A stretch of DNA of 64,000 nt, taken from NCBI GenBank assembly GCA_951406725.2, contig OX597830.1:54932001-54996000 (forward strand), read 5' to 3'. Source of the stretch: Octopus vulgaris. Taxonomy: Eukaryota. The notes beneath the pieces were generated by a model. That model was not told the origin of the DNA. It worked only from the letters and a program-made list of their open reading frames with translations, and made no database searches. Below are positions 12,828 to 26,817 of this stretch, piece by piece. Position 1 is the stretch's first letter; every line of letters begins with the position of its first letter. The translations under genes and the position numbers were made by a program.

Positions 12828-13045
12828 AGGCAGCGAGCTGGCAGAAATGTTAGCACGCCGGGCGAAATGCGTAGCCGTATTTCGTCTGCCGCTACGCTCT
12901 GAGTTCAAATTCCGCCGAGGTCGACTTTGCCTTTCATCCTTTCGGGGTCGATTAAATAAGTACCAGTTACGCACTGGAGTCGATATTATCGACTTAATCT
13001 GTTTGTCCCCTCTGTGTTTAGCCCCTTGTGGGTAGTAAAGAAATA
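12828..13045 (+). mobile_element. SINE family A, young copy
   Basis: CpG-rich; nearly identical to 24468-24692. Confidence 0.9.
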
Positions 13046-13394
13046 ATTATAGTGATGTGTGAGCCCTCTACTGTGTAACTCCTTCTCTGGAACCATTTGC
13101 TTTTTACTTGCATCCTTCATTCACATTGCTATCCCTCTTAATTTGATTAACCACAGATCTCTAGTTATCTCTCCCCACTCTCCCCTCTTGTACTCCTTAT
13201 TGGCACCCATGCCTCTTTCTTAACACCCTCTTCCATCTGCCATCGGCCAATCCCCACCCTCGTTTGTCTCTCACTACATTTTTCCCAACGTATCTCTGAC
13301 CTCCATCTCTGTCACAGTGTGTCCCTCACTCTCTCTCCCACCATGCTTCTCCTTTACCCACCCTCTTCCACATGTCAGCTCCCTATCTTTTTAT

Positions 13395-13764
13395 TATTAC
13401 ACTATAATTGTTCAGCATTTGGTAGTTTAAGGCAAATTTCAACTGCATCACCTGCTACACATCTGTGTTGCTGGGGTGTGTATAACATTGTGTGTTCTTT
13501 TCTGTTGTTGGGAGTGTGCAAACTTTTCCTGGTATTGTATTGTGTTAGTTTTTTTCTCTTGAGGTGTGATGCAGACTTTTGCTTTATTACTGCTTGTATT
13601 GTGTGTTGAGTGTGTAATGCATTGGTTATTTGGATTGCTGGTGGAAGTTTATTTCACTGGATAATGGCTGTAAAGAGTGTCTTGTGATGCTGGGTTGTTT
13701 TCTTTAGCTTGTATTATTGAATTGATAGTGTCTTGCATAGGATATGAACTATTCCAAGCAAGGC
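13395..13764 (-). mobile_element. R4/Dong-like 3' end in (TAA)n
   Basis: Minus strand ALLGIVHILCKTLSIQ* resembles the LLGTAHILRK C-terminus; A-rich 3' UTR; TAA repeats on both flanks. Confidence 0.6.
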
Positions 13765-14244
13765 TATTATTATTATTAATATTATTATTGTTGTTGCTGT
13801 TGTTGTGGCTATTGTTATTCTATTGCTTTGAGTTTTTTTCTATACTATATCTCACCACCTCTTCCTCCACCCTCTATTTCTCATCACTTTCCTTCAAACT
13901 ACTTCTTCACTGTTCCCTATATTTTGTCTCCATTCTCTCTGCTACTCACCTTCTTATAACTTGAGGAGACACCATGACCCCTCATCCCCATCATCTTCAT
14001 TATTTTCCAGCTATTCCCACCTACTCACTCATTTATACATACTCTTGCTCAGTGGGGCTGGGGTCATCCCAGGTTAGTAGTCCCAGAGGCTGATCAGGTC
14101 CACCAGGGCCCACCGTCTCTGGTGGTTCTGTGCCAACTCTTCTGCACCCTCTAGGATACACTATCACCGACCAGACCTTGGTGCTTTACTATTTCAGGAC
14201 CTGATTCTCCTGAAGTTTGGAAACTTGATATCATCATCATCATT

Positions 14245-14740
14245 ATTGTTTAAGATCCATCTTCCATATATGCATGGGTAGGACAGTTCACAGGAGCTGG
14301 CCAGGTAGAAAAACTACCCTATGCTATTGTGTCTGTTTTGGCAGGGTTTTTACTGCTGGATGCCCTTCTTAACACCAACCATTCTGCAAAGTGGACTCAA
14401 TGTTTTTTTATGTGTAACAAGCACAGGTGAGATTAGTTTTGGCATAGAAACGTTGGCACACTAGGCAAAATGCTTAGTGGTATTTACGTCTGTCTTTATG
14501 TTCTGAGTTCAAATTCTGCCAAGGTCGACTTTGCCTTTCATCCTTTCGGGGTCGGTAAATTAAGTACCAGTTGCATACTGGGGTCGATCTAATCGACTAG
14601 CCCCCTCCCCAAAAGTTTCAGGCCTTGTACCTAGAGTAGAAAAGATTTTTACAGCTGGATGCCTTTCCAAATGCCAACCACTTTACAGTGTGGGCTGGAT
14701 GCTTTTTATGTGGCACCAGCACTGGCTGGGTAACCAAGTC
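14245..14740 (-). mobile_element. Family C fragments split by a + strand SINE A (~14446-14645)
   Basis: gctggatgccc(t)ttc motifs on either side of a SINE A body. Confidence 0.7.
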
Positions 14741-14980
14741 ACTCACAAGACAAGGAATTATGAGAGGGGCAGGGGCATTTGAGGAGGGGAATTTGTGTCA
14801 GAGGATGAATGGTTAGAGGATGACAAAGCAACTGAGAAGCAGAAACAGGTGACTTGCTATAAAGGAGAGGGGAGCATTGGAGGAGGTGATCCAGTGTCAG
14901 ATGAGGAAAGGTTAGAGTATGACAGAGAAAGAGGGAGGCAGATATATATATATGTATCATCACCAATATATATATATATA

Positions 14981-15519
14981 TTGGGTTGTCTGGAAAGTTC
15001 ATGCCAATTTTTAAAGGAAAGAAAAATGTCAATAAATACTTGCCATTATATTTTTAATCAACCAAATATGAACCATTTTGTTGCACTATGAGTCTCCATC
15101 TTTCCTTTAACTTGAAAATACCCTCTTACCCAAATTGAGATGATTTCATAGCAAAGAATTCATCAAGGTATCTTTTTATGTCATCCAAGGAATTGAAATT
15201 TTTATTCTGCAGAGACCTGAATAAGTGGAAATCCGAAGGTGCAATATCTGGTGAATATGGAGGGTGGGTAACACTGCAGCAATTTTTGTATGGTTCCCAA
15301 AGCATCAAGTGCTAAAAAGGAACTTTCTTATCTTCCATTTTAAAGGGTTGCAGAATTAACATAGGTTATAGGAACACAAATCTTCTTCCACAAAAAGATA
15401 GCTTAAACTGTGCTCTAAATGGAGGTGTAGTCAAATCCTATTTTATGGACTCAACCACATTCTAAAATAAGTCAAAATGTAAGCTATTATAAATCGGCAC
15501 GAACTTTCCCAACAACCAA

Positions 15520-15520
<1 letters not shown>
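14981..15520 (-). mobile_element. Internally deleted mariner element
   Basis: TIRs ttgggttgtctggaaagttcatgccaattt / aaatcggcacgaactttcccaacaaccaaa; TA flanks; HPPYSPDIAPSDFHLFRSLQN motif. Confidence 0.9.
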
Positions 15521-15552
<32 letters not shown>

Positions 15553-16434
15553 TGTATGTATGTATGTATGTATGTATGTATGTATGTATGTATGTATGCA
15601 TGTATGTATGTATGTATGTATGTATGTATTAACTACATATGAATTTAGAAACTTCAAGATTATATATATATATATATATATATACATACATATGTGTGTG
15701 TGGGCTTGCGTGTGTATTTAGTATGCTTAGGTATATCTATGTCTATATGCATACATGCACTTTTATAATTAATATATGATGAGGGTGTCTTTCTCTCACA
15801 ATATATCTATATATATAGATGTATCCACATTTGCCTGATATACAAGATATATTTACTTTTAATATACGATATATGATAACCGATACTACCATTTAATCAA
15901 ATATGTAACAGCTGTGTTAATATTCATTTGATTACCTTCCTAATAAATCCTAGATATCATAGCCACATGAAACCTTTCATAATATCAGTGTGGAAATATC
16001 TATATCGAACCTAAAAACGGTTATATCTCACGTTTAACACCAAAAGTGATCTTGGAATAGCATCGTAGTTTTTTGCATCCTAATTTTTTTTTATATGTGG
16101 CAACTTATAAGCATTTTTTTTTATTTACTTATTTTGTTTTTGCTTTTGTTTTTGTACATTTTGCCATTTAATTTAATAGTTGCTGGGAATGGCACCGATC
16201 TATTACTGATGTCTGGGAATGAAGAATCGACAGGAAAAAGGAAATCCGAAATTGAAACGTCAGATAACTGATTAAATGCTCCACTAGTGTTAAATAGCGG
16301 CTGTCAAGATAGTCACTTACAGCCTCTCTCTCTATCTGTTCATCTCTCCCGCATATGTATGGGTGTGTGCATGTGTGTGCGTGTGTGTGTGCATGATTAC
16401 ACATATTACACGCACATACATATGAATATGCATG

Positions 16435-16900
<466 letters not shown>

Positions 16901-16940
16901 AAACACACCACACACAGAGATATGAATATGTATGTATATA

Positions 16941-17778
16941 CAGGGTGCAATGGGTAAATTGTCGCCATTTTATAGCTTCAATTTTGTGCATGTGCATTGT
17001 TTGTTTTTGATTTTGTCAACTACACAGTATATTGGGGTCAGTTGGGCACTGTCTGAGAGAAAAACAGCACTATGATGAAATTCATTCTGCCAGAAATTTG
17101 GAAATGACATGCTGTACTGCTTGGCATTCATTCCAGAAGCTACAATATCAACCTTTCAGAGTGTTTTGGTGTCAATCTGAGAACAGTGCAATCTGAGGAC
17201 ATGTACCAAGAGAGAGATGAAAATCAAACATCCAGTTAACATCGTGGTGTTTGGAGTGGCCACCATTCATTTTCCCACACAGCCTTAGACTCAACATGAA
17301 GGCCTACATCAAGTGCTGCCCTGAGTCAAGAGGGTGGCTGCTGGCAGATCCTATGTCTGGCAAAAGGACTCTGCACCATGCATCACAAGCTGGAGAGCCC
17401 AGTCATGGCTGTCAAACAATTTCTGTGACCACATCACCCCTAACATCTGGCCACCCAACTCCACAGACTGCAACCCTCTTGATTATTATGTGTAGGATGC
17501 AGTTGAGTGAGAGATCAACAAATCTCCCTGTAACACCAAAGATGAACCAAAGGCAAGGATTATGACAGCATTCACCAAGTTAAACAAGGAGACCATCCAG
17601 GAGAGTTGCAGGAGATTTCGAAGTCATCTAGAGACCATGGTGATTTTATTGAATAAATTTACTCTTTAGTATTTAAAGATATTTTATATATTTTTGGTAA
17701 ATATGATTGTTAAAATGAAATGTCAGTCTTATTTTCATTTCTGAGTAATTTAGATGACAATATATTCACTGCACCCTG
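16941..17778 (+). mobile_element. maT (DD37D) Tc1/mariner element, internally deleted
   Basis: TIRs cagggtgcaatgggtaaattgtc / gacaatatattcactgcaccctg; TA TSD; WQKDSAP..WPPNSTDCNPLDY with 37 residues between the two Asp. Confidence 0.9.
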
Positions 17779-17834
17779 TATATATATGTATGTGTATATA
17801 TGTATATATGCATTCATATATCTATCTATATATC

Positions 17835-17865
<31 letters not shown>

Positions 17866-18250
17866 TGTGTGTGTGTGTGTATGTGTGTATGTGTGTATGT
17901 GTATGTATATGTATATACATATAGATATATGTATTTGTGTGTATGTGTGTGTGTGTGTGTGTGTGTCTAATATATATAATATATTATATATTTCTCTCTC
18001 AAGCTCTTTCTGTTTTGTTTGTCTCTGTCCCCCACATACACAACCAAATAAGCAAACGTACATATTCACAGACGTTCATGGATGCATACACATACTTATG
18101 CTATATATATATATTTTTAATACAATACTATTTTAGACATGTATATCTTCGTGAAAAATTCTTTTGATATTGAATTTCATGCTATTATTTCAAAATACAG
18201 TATATATATATATATGTCTTGCAAACATATATATATATATATATATATAT

Positions 18251-18584
18251 AAAATACAATTTGGACAAAAATGCAAAACATCCAAATAGCCAATACAAAA
18301 AACACTGACGGGTCATTCGAAGCCTTTAATCTTCAGTCAAGAACCAGATCATCCTCGCAATTTCGGCTGATTAATCTTGAGATTGCTCCAATCTGGCCAG
18401 CCCCAAGGAAAAACTAAGCTAAGCGCATTAGCTTCCTTGGAAAAAGGATTGAATGTATACGAAACAAGAACAGAAAAATGGACGATGTTACACAAATATA
18501 AATACAAAAAAAAACAATATATAATAATAACAGGACATAACAACAGGTGTCTTTCGACTGGGGATGAATTGAATTCAGCTGGTG

Positions 18585-18585
<1 letters not shown>
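18251..18585 (-). mobile_element. Short element between (TA)n tracts, possibly Penelope pseudo-LTR derived
   Basis: Strand-asymmetric composition with separated CTGAAGA and GAAA motifs; no complete hammerhead. Confidence 0.3.
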
Positions 18586-18635
<50 letters not shown>

Positions 18636-18682
18636 AATGCTGACTTAACATTGCATGTGTAGCATCAGTATTTCTAATATAC

Positions 18683-18893
18683 AAAGGCAGCAAGCTGGCA
18701 GAAATGTTAGTGAAATGCTTAGTGGTATTTTGTCTGTCTTTACGTTCCAAGATCAAATTCCACTGAGGTCGACTTTGCTTTTCATTCTTTTGGGGTCGAT
18801 AAATTAAGTACCAGTTGTGTACTGGGATCGATCTAGTAGACTGGCCCCCCTCCCTCAAAATTTCGGGCCTTGTACCTAGAACAGAAAAGAATA
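18683..18893 (+). mobile_element. SINE family A
   Basis: Family motifs as above. Confidence 0.85.
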
Positions 18894-19037
18894 TTTCTGA
18901 TATATATCATATATAATAATATAGAGTATAGTTTGTGAAGTGTGTATAATGAAGGTGTGTAGTGTGTTAATGTATAGCTTTGTCTTGAGTGTTAGTGTGG
19001 TAGTATATAATGCAGTATATAGCATTATGGTGCATAA

Positions 19038-19291
19038 CAGTGGTTCTCAACTGGAATCCATATAACCCTTGAGGGTCCATATAAGATTTTGTTGTTAAAT
19101 TTTATCTGCAATAAATTGGTTATACTTTTACTGTAAACGAAATATTTTAACAATTTCTTTTATGCAATTCCTAATAATATTTAATTATAGAAATATGATA
19201 GAATTTTATGAACATTGAATGGCTATAAGGATCCACTAAAGTAAAACAGGCCTCAAATAGATCCATAGGAGAAAATGGTTAAGAACCCCTA
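19038..19291 (+). mobile_element. hAT MITE (~250 bp), uninterrupted
   Basis: cagtggttctcaac / ggttaagaacccct TIRs. Confidence 0.8.
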
Positions 19292-19606
19292 ATGTGTAGT
19301 GTGGCATGTTGATTAGAGTTTGATGTGTTTTGTGGTAGCATATGGTGTGTATATGACGTGCTGGTGAAGGGTGCATAGTGTAGTAGAGATGGATGTTGTG
19401 TGGTAAATGAATAAGCAGTAGTATAGTAGAGAGAGTTATAATGTTGTACAGAGGGGGTTAGTGTGAGCATATTATGTCTGGGTTGCATAATGGTTGTCAA
19501 GACATTTGATATTGGTTGCAATAAGAACTGCAAATTGTCAGCATCTACACAAGCACACCCATTGTCCCATTCTGACTCGTCAAAATACTTGCTCAAATCT
19601 TTAAAA

Positions 19607-20199
19607 CAGTGATTTGCAACCAGGGTCAAAATGACCCTTGCAGAGTCCATATTTGATTTTGTGGTTTAAATTACATGCAATAAATTGTTTATACTTCAAC
19701 AATACAAAAATTATAAAAAATTTTTATGCAGGCATAGGAGTGGGTGTGTGGTAAGTAGCTTGCTTACCAACCACATGGTTCTGGGTTCAGTCCTACTGCA
19801 TGGCACCTTGGGCAAGTGTCTTCTACTATAGCTTCAGGCCAACCAAAGCCTTGTGAGTGGATTTGGTAGAGAGAAACTGAAAGAAGCTCGTTCTATATAT
19901 GTATATATATATGTGTGTGTATATGTTTGTGTGTCTGTGCTTCCCCGCCTAACATCGCTTGACAACCGATGCTGGTGTGTTTACATCCCTGTGACTTAGC
20001 AGTTCGGCAAAAGAGACCAATAGAATAAGTACTAGGCTTACAAAAAATTAGTCCTGGAGTCGATTTGCTCGACTAAAGGCGGTTCTCCAGCATGGCCACA
20101 GCCAAATGACTGAAACAAGTAAAAGAGTTCCTGATAATATTTGGATAAAAAACTCCAGCAGGATTTTTTTTTAATACATCAAATGTCTATGAAGGTCCA
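19607..20199 (+). mobile_element. Partial hAT MITE (inverted duplicate of the 20259 copy) interrupted by SINE B
   Basis: Collinear with 19038 copy on both sides of the SINE; flank mirrors 20512-20588. Confidence 0.75.
19730..20127 (+). mobile_element. SINE family B, full length
   Basis: ggcataggagtgg.tgtgtggtaag..gggttcagtcc..ccttgggcaagtgtc..gaaacaagtaaaagag. Confidence 0.9.
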
Positions 20200-20258
20200 A
20201 GTCGTTTATTAGGAAAGATTCAGTGGATATTATGATGTATGGAGTAGTTATTTTAAAG

Positions 20259-20511
20259 CAGTGGTTCTCAACTATTTTTCACTTAAGGAACCCCTTTGAT
20301 ACCTAGTTTACTCTACTGGACCTCCATAGCCATTTGATATATATAAAAAAAATCCTACTGCATTTTTTTAATTAAATATTATAAGGAATTGTATAAAAGA
20401 AGTTCTTAAAATATTTTGTGTACTGTAGAAGTGTAAATAATTTATTTCGCAGAAATTTTAACTACAAAATCATATCTGGACCCCAAGGGCCATATTGGTT
20501 GAGAAACACTG
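20259..20511 (-). mobile_element. hAT MITE, uninterrupted, 8-bp TSD
   Basis: TIRs cagtggttctcaac / gttgagaaacactg; TSD ttttaaag/ttctaaag. Confidence 0.85.
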
Positions 20512-22530
20512 TTCTAAAGATTTGAGTGAAGTATTTTAATGGGTCAGAATGAGATGATGGGTGTGATTGTGGAGATGCTGACAATTTGACATGGCTCACT
20601 GGATACTCAGCCTGTTTTGACAACAGTACATTTTGGCACTGGAGGCAAAAACATGCATACACCCCACACACACACACAAACACACTCATGCATGCAGAAA
20701 TATACACATAGAGATATAGAAGGAGAGAGAGAGAGGTGGGGAGAAAGAGACACTACAATATATTAATTGAAAACGATTGACCCGAACACTTTCCCTCTCC
20801 TCAGACACATAAGAGAAATATACTCATACACATAAACAAAGAGAGGGAGAGAGAGAGAGAGAGAGAGTGAGGAAAACATTAGAATATTTGATGTCTGTTG
20901 AATCAGTGGCACCAAAATGATTAGGATAAGATACATCGGGCCCATGACAGATACAATGATACAGTTAATATACAGAATGTTGTTCGAATCACAACTGTTG
21001 GTTGCAGCATTGCAGATGGTGCATGTTGTGAGGTGGTGGACAGCAATGTTGTGCTGTGAGGCTGTGTGGTGGTGTGAGGCCATATGGCAGTGTTAGACCA
21101 TGTGGTGGTGTAAGGTCGCTGTATGGAGGTGGAAGGCCATGTGGAAGTGTGAGGAAGTGTGGTGGTTTGAGACAAGGTTACAGCGGGGCAGTCTGTCTTT
21201 GAATGTTACCATATTGGAAAAACCATAAATGCATTGAGATGAAACAAATATTTGGCTTTTAAAGTTTTGGCAGTAATTTCAAGTCTGTTGCATTATATTT
21301 TTAGTTGTAATTCTAATTAATTTGTTTTAATTTAAGTTGTTGCTTTAATTAATTTATATTAGGAGAAGTAAGAATTTTTAATAATTCACTTTTGCTTAAG
21401 TTATCACTTAATTAATTTGTTTTACTTAAAGTTATGCTTTTAATTAAACTATTTTTTGTTTTTTTTCTCTTTATTTCAATTTTAAGTTCAGATATATTTC
21501 TTAATGCTTTTCATGGTTTCAATTAATTCGACCAAAGCCAGTGGTTCACCATAGCTTCTAATTCAGCACATACAATTGACCAGTCTATCTCCTTCTTTGA
21601 TAAGACATAGAGGATTGACCATAGGAACAAAAAACTGAGGAAGCACCATGGAATGGTACGGTTGTGCAGTCAGAAGTTTGCTTCTCACCCACATGTTCTG
21701 ACACACTTTGTGACACCTTGAGCAAGTGTCCTACATCAACCAAAGTGAATTAAATAGACAAAAACTGAAAGAAGCCCATCTTGTGTGTGTGTGTGTGTAT
21801 ACAGGGTTCGGCGAATAAATTGTTGTCTACAACTATCACCACATCACCACCACCATCACCATAATATAGCCCCCTCAACAGCACCACTCTCACCATTATC
21901 ATTACCACCACCCCACCACTACTACTACCATCACCACCACCACCAACACCACCACAACTACCAGAACCAACATTAACCTCAGCCAAAATAACTTTTCAAT
22001 GAGTTAAACTTATAAAAATAAATTTGTATTTTAAAAATTTAATTAGATAATTCTTTCTGTATTTATGGAACTGGTTCTATTAAAAGTCATTAAGGAATTA
22101 TTATGTACTCTCCATCACCACCTCCCCACCTCATAAAAAGTGTTATTAAGTAAATAAATTTTTTGTTTGTTTGTTTTTACTTTTCCCATTTGTCTTTGAG
22201 TTTCTTCCATTACTGAAAAAAATGAAATAAATCTTTGAAACAAATAAATAAGTTAATAAATAAAGCCTATATTTTAAATGTAAATATGTATTTCAAATAT
22301 CAAATATGTGTGTGTTTATGTTTGTGTGTGTGTGTGTGTGTGTGTGCGTGTGTGTACGTGTGTGCATGTGTGTGTGTACAGTTTCTCTCTACCAAACCCT
22401 TACATTGGGCAGCATGAGGACATAGTGAAAAAGACTTTCCTAAGATGCTGTGTAATAGGATTGAACCCAAAAGCCACATGGGTGAGAAGGAAACTCTTTA
22501 ACAGCACAGACAATTTATATATATATATAT

Positions 22531-23300
22531 AAACATCTTGATCTGTGCCCCAGGAACAAGCATCAAAAATACCTAACTTTTTCTCTGTATCAATGCATCT
22601 GAAACACTTCAGCCTAATTCCATTTAAATAAGGAAAATATATTTATTAAGAAATACAAACCACAACTGAATACTCTATAACAACATACTAGAATGCAAAA
22701 TCTCAATTTATTCACTAAAAATGTCTAAAAACAACAGAAATAAATCAAAAGTTGAAGTTACTGACTTCCTTCAGGATTCAAAACCTTAACTTCACACTAC
22801 TGTACAATTACATCTTGCACCTTCTCAACACCAGTTGCTAATGTTACCCTAGGCTTAAGCATTGGACTTTTTAATGGTCACAACCAGACCCTCAAGTAAA
22901 AAAAATAAACATTCAACTGAACAATACAAGTTATTTCTTAATGGAATCAGCCAGCTAGAACACTGGACAATTATCAGACAAAAATAAGTTACCAAGACCT
23001 TTGTCAAACAAATGACGTCACCAGGAAGTCAACCAACTAGAATACTGGACTACTGCCAAACCAAAATATGCGAGCAGGACATTTGAAAAACAACTGACAA
23101 ATTCAAACAATCAGTTAACCGAACTATTGGACCACGGGTGGACAAAAGCAAGTGATGTCACCAATCAGAACTTGAACCTATATCTTAAAAACCTATATAC
23201 ACACACAAAGCAAATTCAGTTTAAAACAAATCAAGCTCTGACCAGCAAAACCAGTAACAAAAATTCCTCCTTTGTTCACTATGGCAGAAATTGTAAAAAG
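22531..23300 (+). mobile_element. Penelope-like element remnant (GIY-YIG C-terminus plus 3' region)
   Basis: KHLDLCP..KENIFIKKYKPQLN* resembles the E..FI..Y.P.LN end of Penelope GIY-YIG domains; starts at (TA)n. Confidence 0.5.
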
Positions 23301-23714
23301 ACCTTTTGCCATATTTAATTGATAATATAGCTCATTGCTATTGAACATTCAGTAACACATGATTATGAAATTCATTGAACATTTGATGTTTTTGAGCATG
23401 CTTCTCTGAATTTTCTCTTGTGCCTTTAATCTTCCCTAATCATCTTTTAAAATTTACCTTTGAAAAACATCAAATTGTTAAAACTGGTATGGTATTTTAA
23501 TAAATTTGTTAAAAAAAATTTAACTACATTTTGTTTTAAGACTCAGGTGCATTTCTAACCCCCAAAACGAACTTACTTATATACTTTCCCACATGGAAAT
23601 AAACCTCTTTTCTCCACACACACACACACACACACACAAGTGTGTGTGTGTGTATAGATTGTTTGAAGTGATGTACAGATAATTCTTTATTAGCACTTTT
23701 GGCCATTCATATCT

Positions 23715-24162
23715 ATACTTTTGCCTTTTACATGTTTCAGTCATTAGACTGTGGCCATGCTGGGGCACTGCCTTGAAGAAATTTTAATCAAATGAAGCAA
23801 CCCAAGTACTTATTTTCTTTCAACCCGGTTACTTATTTTGTTGGTCTCTTTTGCCAAACTGATAGGTTACAGGGGATGTAAATAAACCAACACAAGTTGT
23901 CAAGTGTTTGTAGGAGACAAACACAGATGTAAAGACTCACATGCTCACACACACACATGCATGCACATGCACACATGCACACATACACATGGACACACAC
24001 GCACGCACACACAAATATATATATACAATGAGCATCTTTTAGATTCCATCACGAGGCTTTTGCCAGCCCAAGGCTATAACAGAAAACACTTGCCCAAAGT
24101 GTCGCACAGTGGGACTGAACCCAGAACTATGTGGTTGGGAAGCAAACCTCTTACCACGCAGC
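23715..24162 (-). mobile_element. SINE family B, older variant
   Basis: Family motifs. Confidence 0.8.
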
Positions 24163-24354
24163 CAGAAGCAGAACAACGGTATAAACAAGTAGTCAACATG
24201 TATCAGTCAGGTAACATAATCCTGCACTTAAAGCTGGAGTTTACACACGAATTTGATCTGAACACTCATTGTATCTACCTATTATCATTTGTCATTTGAT
24301 ATCTTATTGCCTATAACTTGTGTGTGTGTGTCTGCATGTGCACATGCCTGTGTG

Positions 24355-24466
<112 letters not shown>

Positions 24467-24467
24467 G

Positions 24468-24692
24468 ACAAGCTGGCAGAAAGGTTAGCATGCTGGGCGA
24501 AATGCGTAGCCGCATTTCGTCTGCCGTTATATTCTGGGTTCAAATTCCGCCGAGGTCGGCTTTGCCTTTCATCCTTTGAGGATCAATAAATTAAGTACCA
24601 GTTACGCACTGGGGTCGATGTAATTGACTTAATCCGTTTGTCTGTCCTTGTTTGTCCCCTCTGTGTTTAGCCCCTTGTGGGTAGTAAAGAAA
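24468..24692 (+). mobile_element. SINE family A, young copy in (TA)n
   Basis: Family motifs, CpG-rich. Confidence 0.9.
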
Positions 24693-25014
24693 TATATATA
24701 TATTTTTCTAAGTGTATGTATGTATGAATTTATCTATATATATAATAGTATAGACTACAGTGTATCATTACAGAATGTCACAGAGTGAAGAATAAGAGAA
24801 TGGTCTTGTCGCAACAGAATCGTTTTGCTTTATTGTTTTATTCTACAAAGCAATTGAAGTAAAAGCTTACCAATACCACCATCACCACCACCATTACCAT
24901 TCTACAGAGAAAGACATTACCATAATCAGAATGATTAAAAATATTTTCTCGAAAAATTACAAATTATTCACATTGATGTTGGAGACAATTTTCAAATTTT
25001 TTTGTCATTTTTAG

Positions 25015-25740
25015 GTGATGGTGGTGAGATTGAGAGTAGTGAGTGGTGATGGTGAAGGTTTGTGGTGAAAGTAGTGTTAGTGGAGTCATGATAGTAGTGG
25101 TGGTGATTGTGCTGGTGGTGGTGGTGGTGGTGGTGGCGGCGGTGGTGGTGGTGGTAGTGGCGGTGGTAGTGGCGGCGGTGGTGGTGGTGGTAGTGGTAGT
25201 TGCGGTGGTGGTGGTGGCGGTGGTGGTGGCGGTGGTAGTGGCGGTGGTGGTGGTGGTAGTGGTGGTGGTGGTGGTTGCGGTGGTGGTTGCGGCAGTGGTG
25301 GTGGTGGCAGTGCTGGTGGCAGTGGCAGTGCTGGGGAACAGTGGCAGTACTGGTGACGGTGGTAGTGGCAGCAGCAGCAGTATTGGTGATGGTGGTTGCA
25401 TTGATGGTTGTGCTGGTGCTGGTAGTGCTGGAGGTGGTGGTAGTAGTATTGGTGGTGATAGTGGTAGTGGTGGTGATGGTAGTGGTGGTGGTGGTGGTGG
25501 TTGTGGTGATGGTGGTAGTGTTTATGATTGTGATAATGTCGATGATAGTAGTGGTGGTGAGGGTGGCAAAAGTGATGGTGGTGGTGGTGGTGGCAGTGTG
25601 TATGGTGATGATTGTTGTTGTGGTGGTGGTGGTAGCAATGATAGCAGTGGTGGTGGCTGTAGTGATGTTGGTGGTGACGATAATAGTCGCAGTGGTGATA
25701 GTAGTTGTGATGGTGGTGTTGGTGGTGTTGGTGGTGTCTT
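25015..25740. repeat. (GGT)n-type trinucleotide low-complexity tract
   Basis: Direct reading. Confidence 0.9.
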
Positions 25741-26069
25741 CAAATTAGTTTCCTATTTTTGTTTGTGTGTCTGAAGAAGCTTTTATCTTATGGAATTTTG
25801 TTGATTACTGATAGAACAGCACAGAGAGACCATCATCATTTATATGTACAGGCATACAATCATGTGTGTGTGGGGCTTGAGTGAGTGAGTGTGCAATTTA
25901 ATGTTTGAAAGAGAAGCTGTTCCCTATACTCAAAAAATACACACACACACACACACACACACACGTACACTGAAGGTGAAAAGTATATTTTTTAGATAAG
26001 TCACTTTTTTAAGAAAAAAAAAAAAGAATTAGCATAAAGTGATAATTCAATACTGCAGAGATAAGAAGC

Positions 26070-26112
26070 AGTAATAATAACAACATGAAAAAACAACAAC
26101 AACAACAACGAT

Positions 26113-26153
<41 letters not shown>

Positions 26154-26390
26154 TAACAATAACAATAATAATAATAATAATAATAATAACAACAACAACA
26201 ACGAAAAGAAGAAGAAGAAGAAGAAGAAGAGGTAGTGGAAGAGGAGGAGGAGGAGGAGGAGGTGGTGGTGGTGGTGGTGGAGAAGGAGGAGGAGGAGAAG
26301 AAGAAGAAGTAGAAGAAGAACAACAACAACAACAACCACAACAACAACAACAATAACAGCAACCACCACCACTGCCACTGCCACCACCAA
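26070..26390. repeat. Compound trinucleotide microsatellite (AAT/AAC/GAA/GGA/GGT)
   Basis: Direct reading. Confidence 0.9.
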
Positions 26391-26817
26391 GAGAGTAAAA
26401 AAAGCATAAAAGAAATGGTGCCAATATTAGAATACATAAATCTAGAAATAGAGATAACCAGTTTGTTGTAATGAAGAAAGCAATTCTCTTGTTTCTCACG
26501 CATTAACATAGACAACTGTAAATACAATAGAATTACTATATACTACATAGATATGTTAAGTGTGTATATATATATATATATATATATACTTACCTTCGAA
26601 ATACGGAGTAGATGAAGCAGGGACAACTGAAGAAGGGGAATATTCCTTGTGTTGTATGTCTTGTACTCTGTTTTTTTCATTGTTTGAAAAACAGTTCGTT
26701 TCTATGTTTTTGTTTTTATGTTTTCGTTTCTCATTGTGTTCAATGTTTTTTGATGTCCTGTACCTATATGTGCACGTATATATATCCTATATATATATAT
26801 GAGATGCAGCACGGATT

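Noticed and set aside
16170-16325. Unique segments as exons (also 10640-10770, 14040-14225 and 55230-55500)
   Set aside because: Short frames with early stops and no consistent splice pairs; could be non-coding elements but unsupported
18305-18345. Minus-strand CTGAAGA..CGAAT, and CTGATGA at 9061
   Set aside because: No GAAA with supporting stems
24964-25774. Poly-V/G/T ORFs, and poly-M/D/H ORFs at 28802-29435, 40535 and 44318
   Set aside because: Trinucleotide repeats lacking stops in several frames; no splice or domain evidence
26572-26650. GAAA followed by CTGAAGA as a type-II hammerhead
   Set aside because: Stems I and III do not pair
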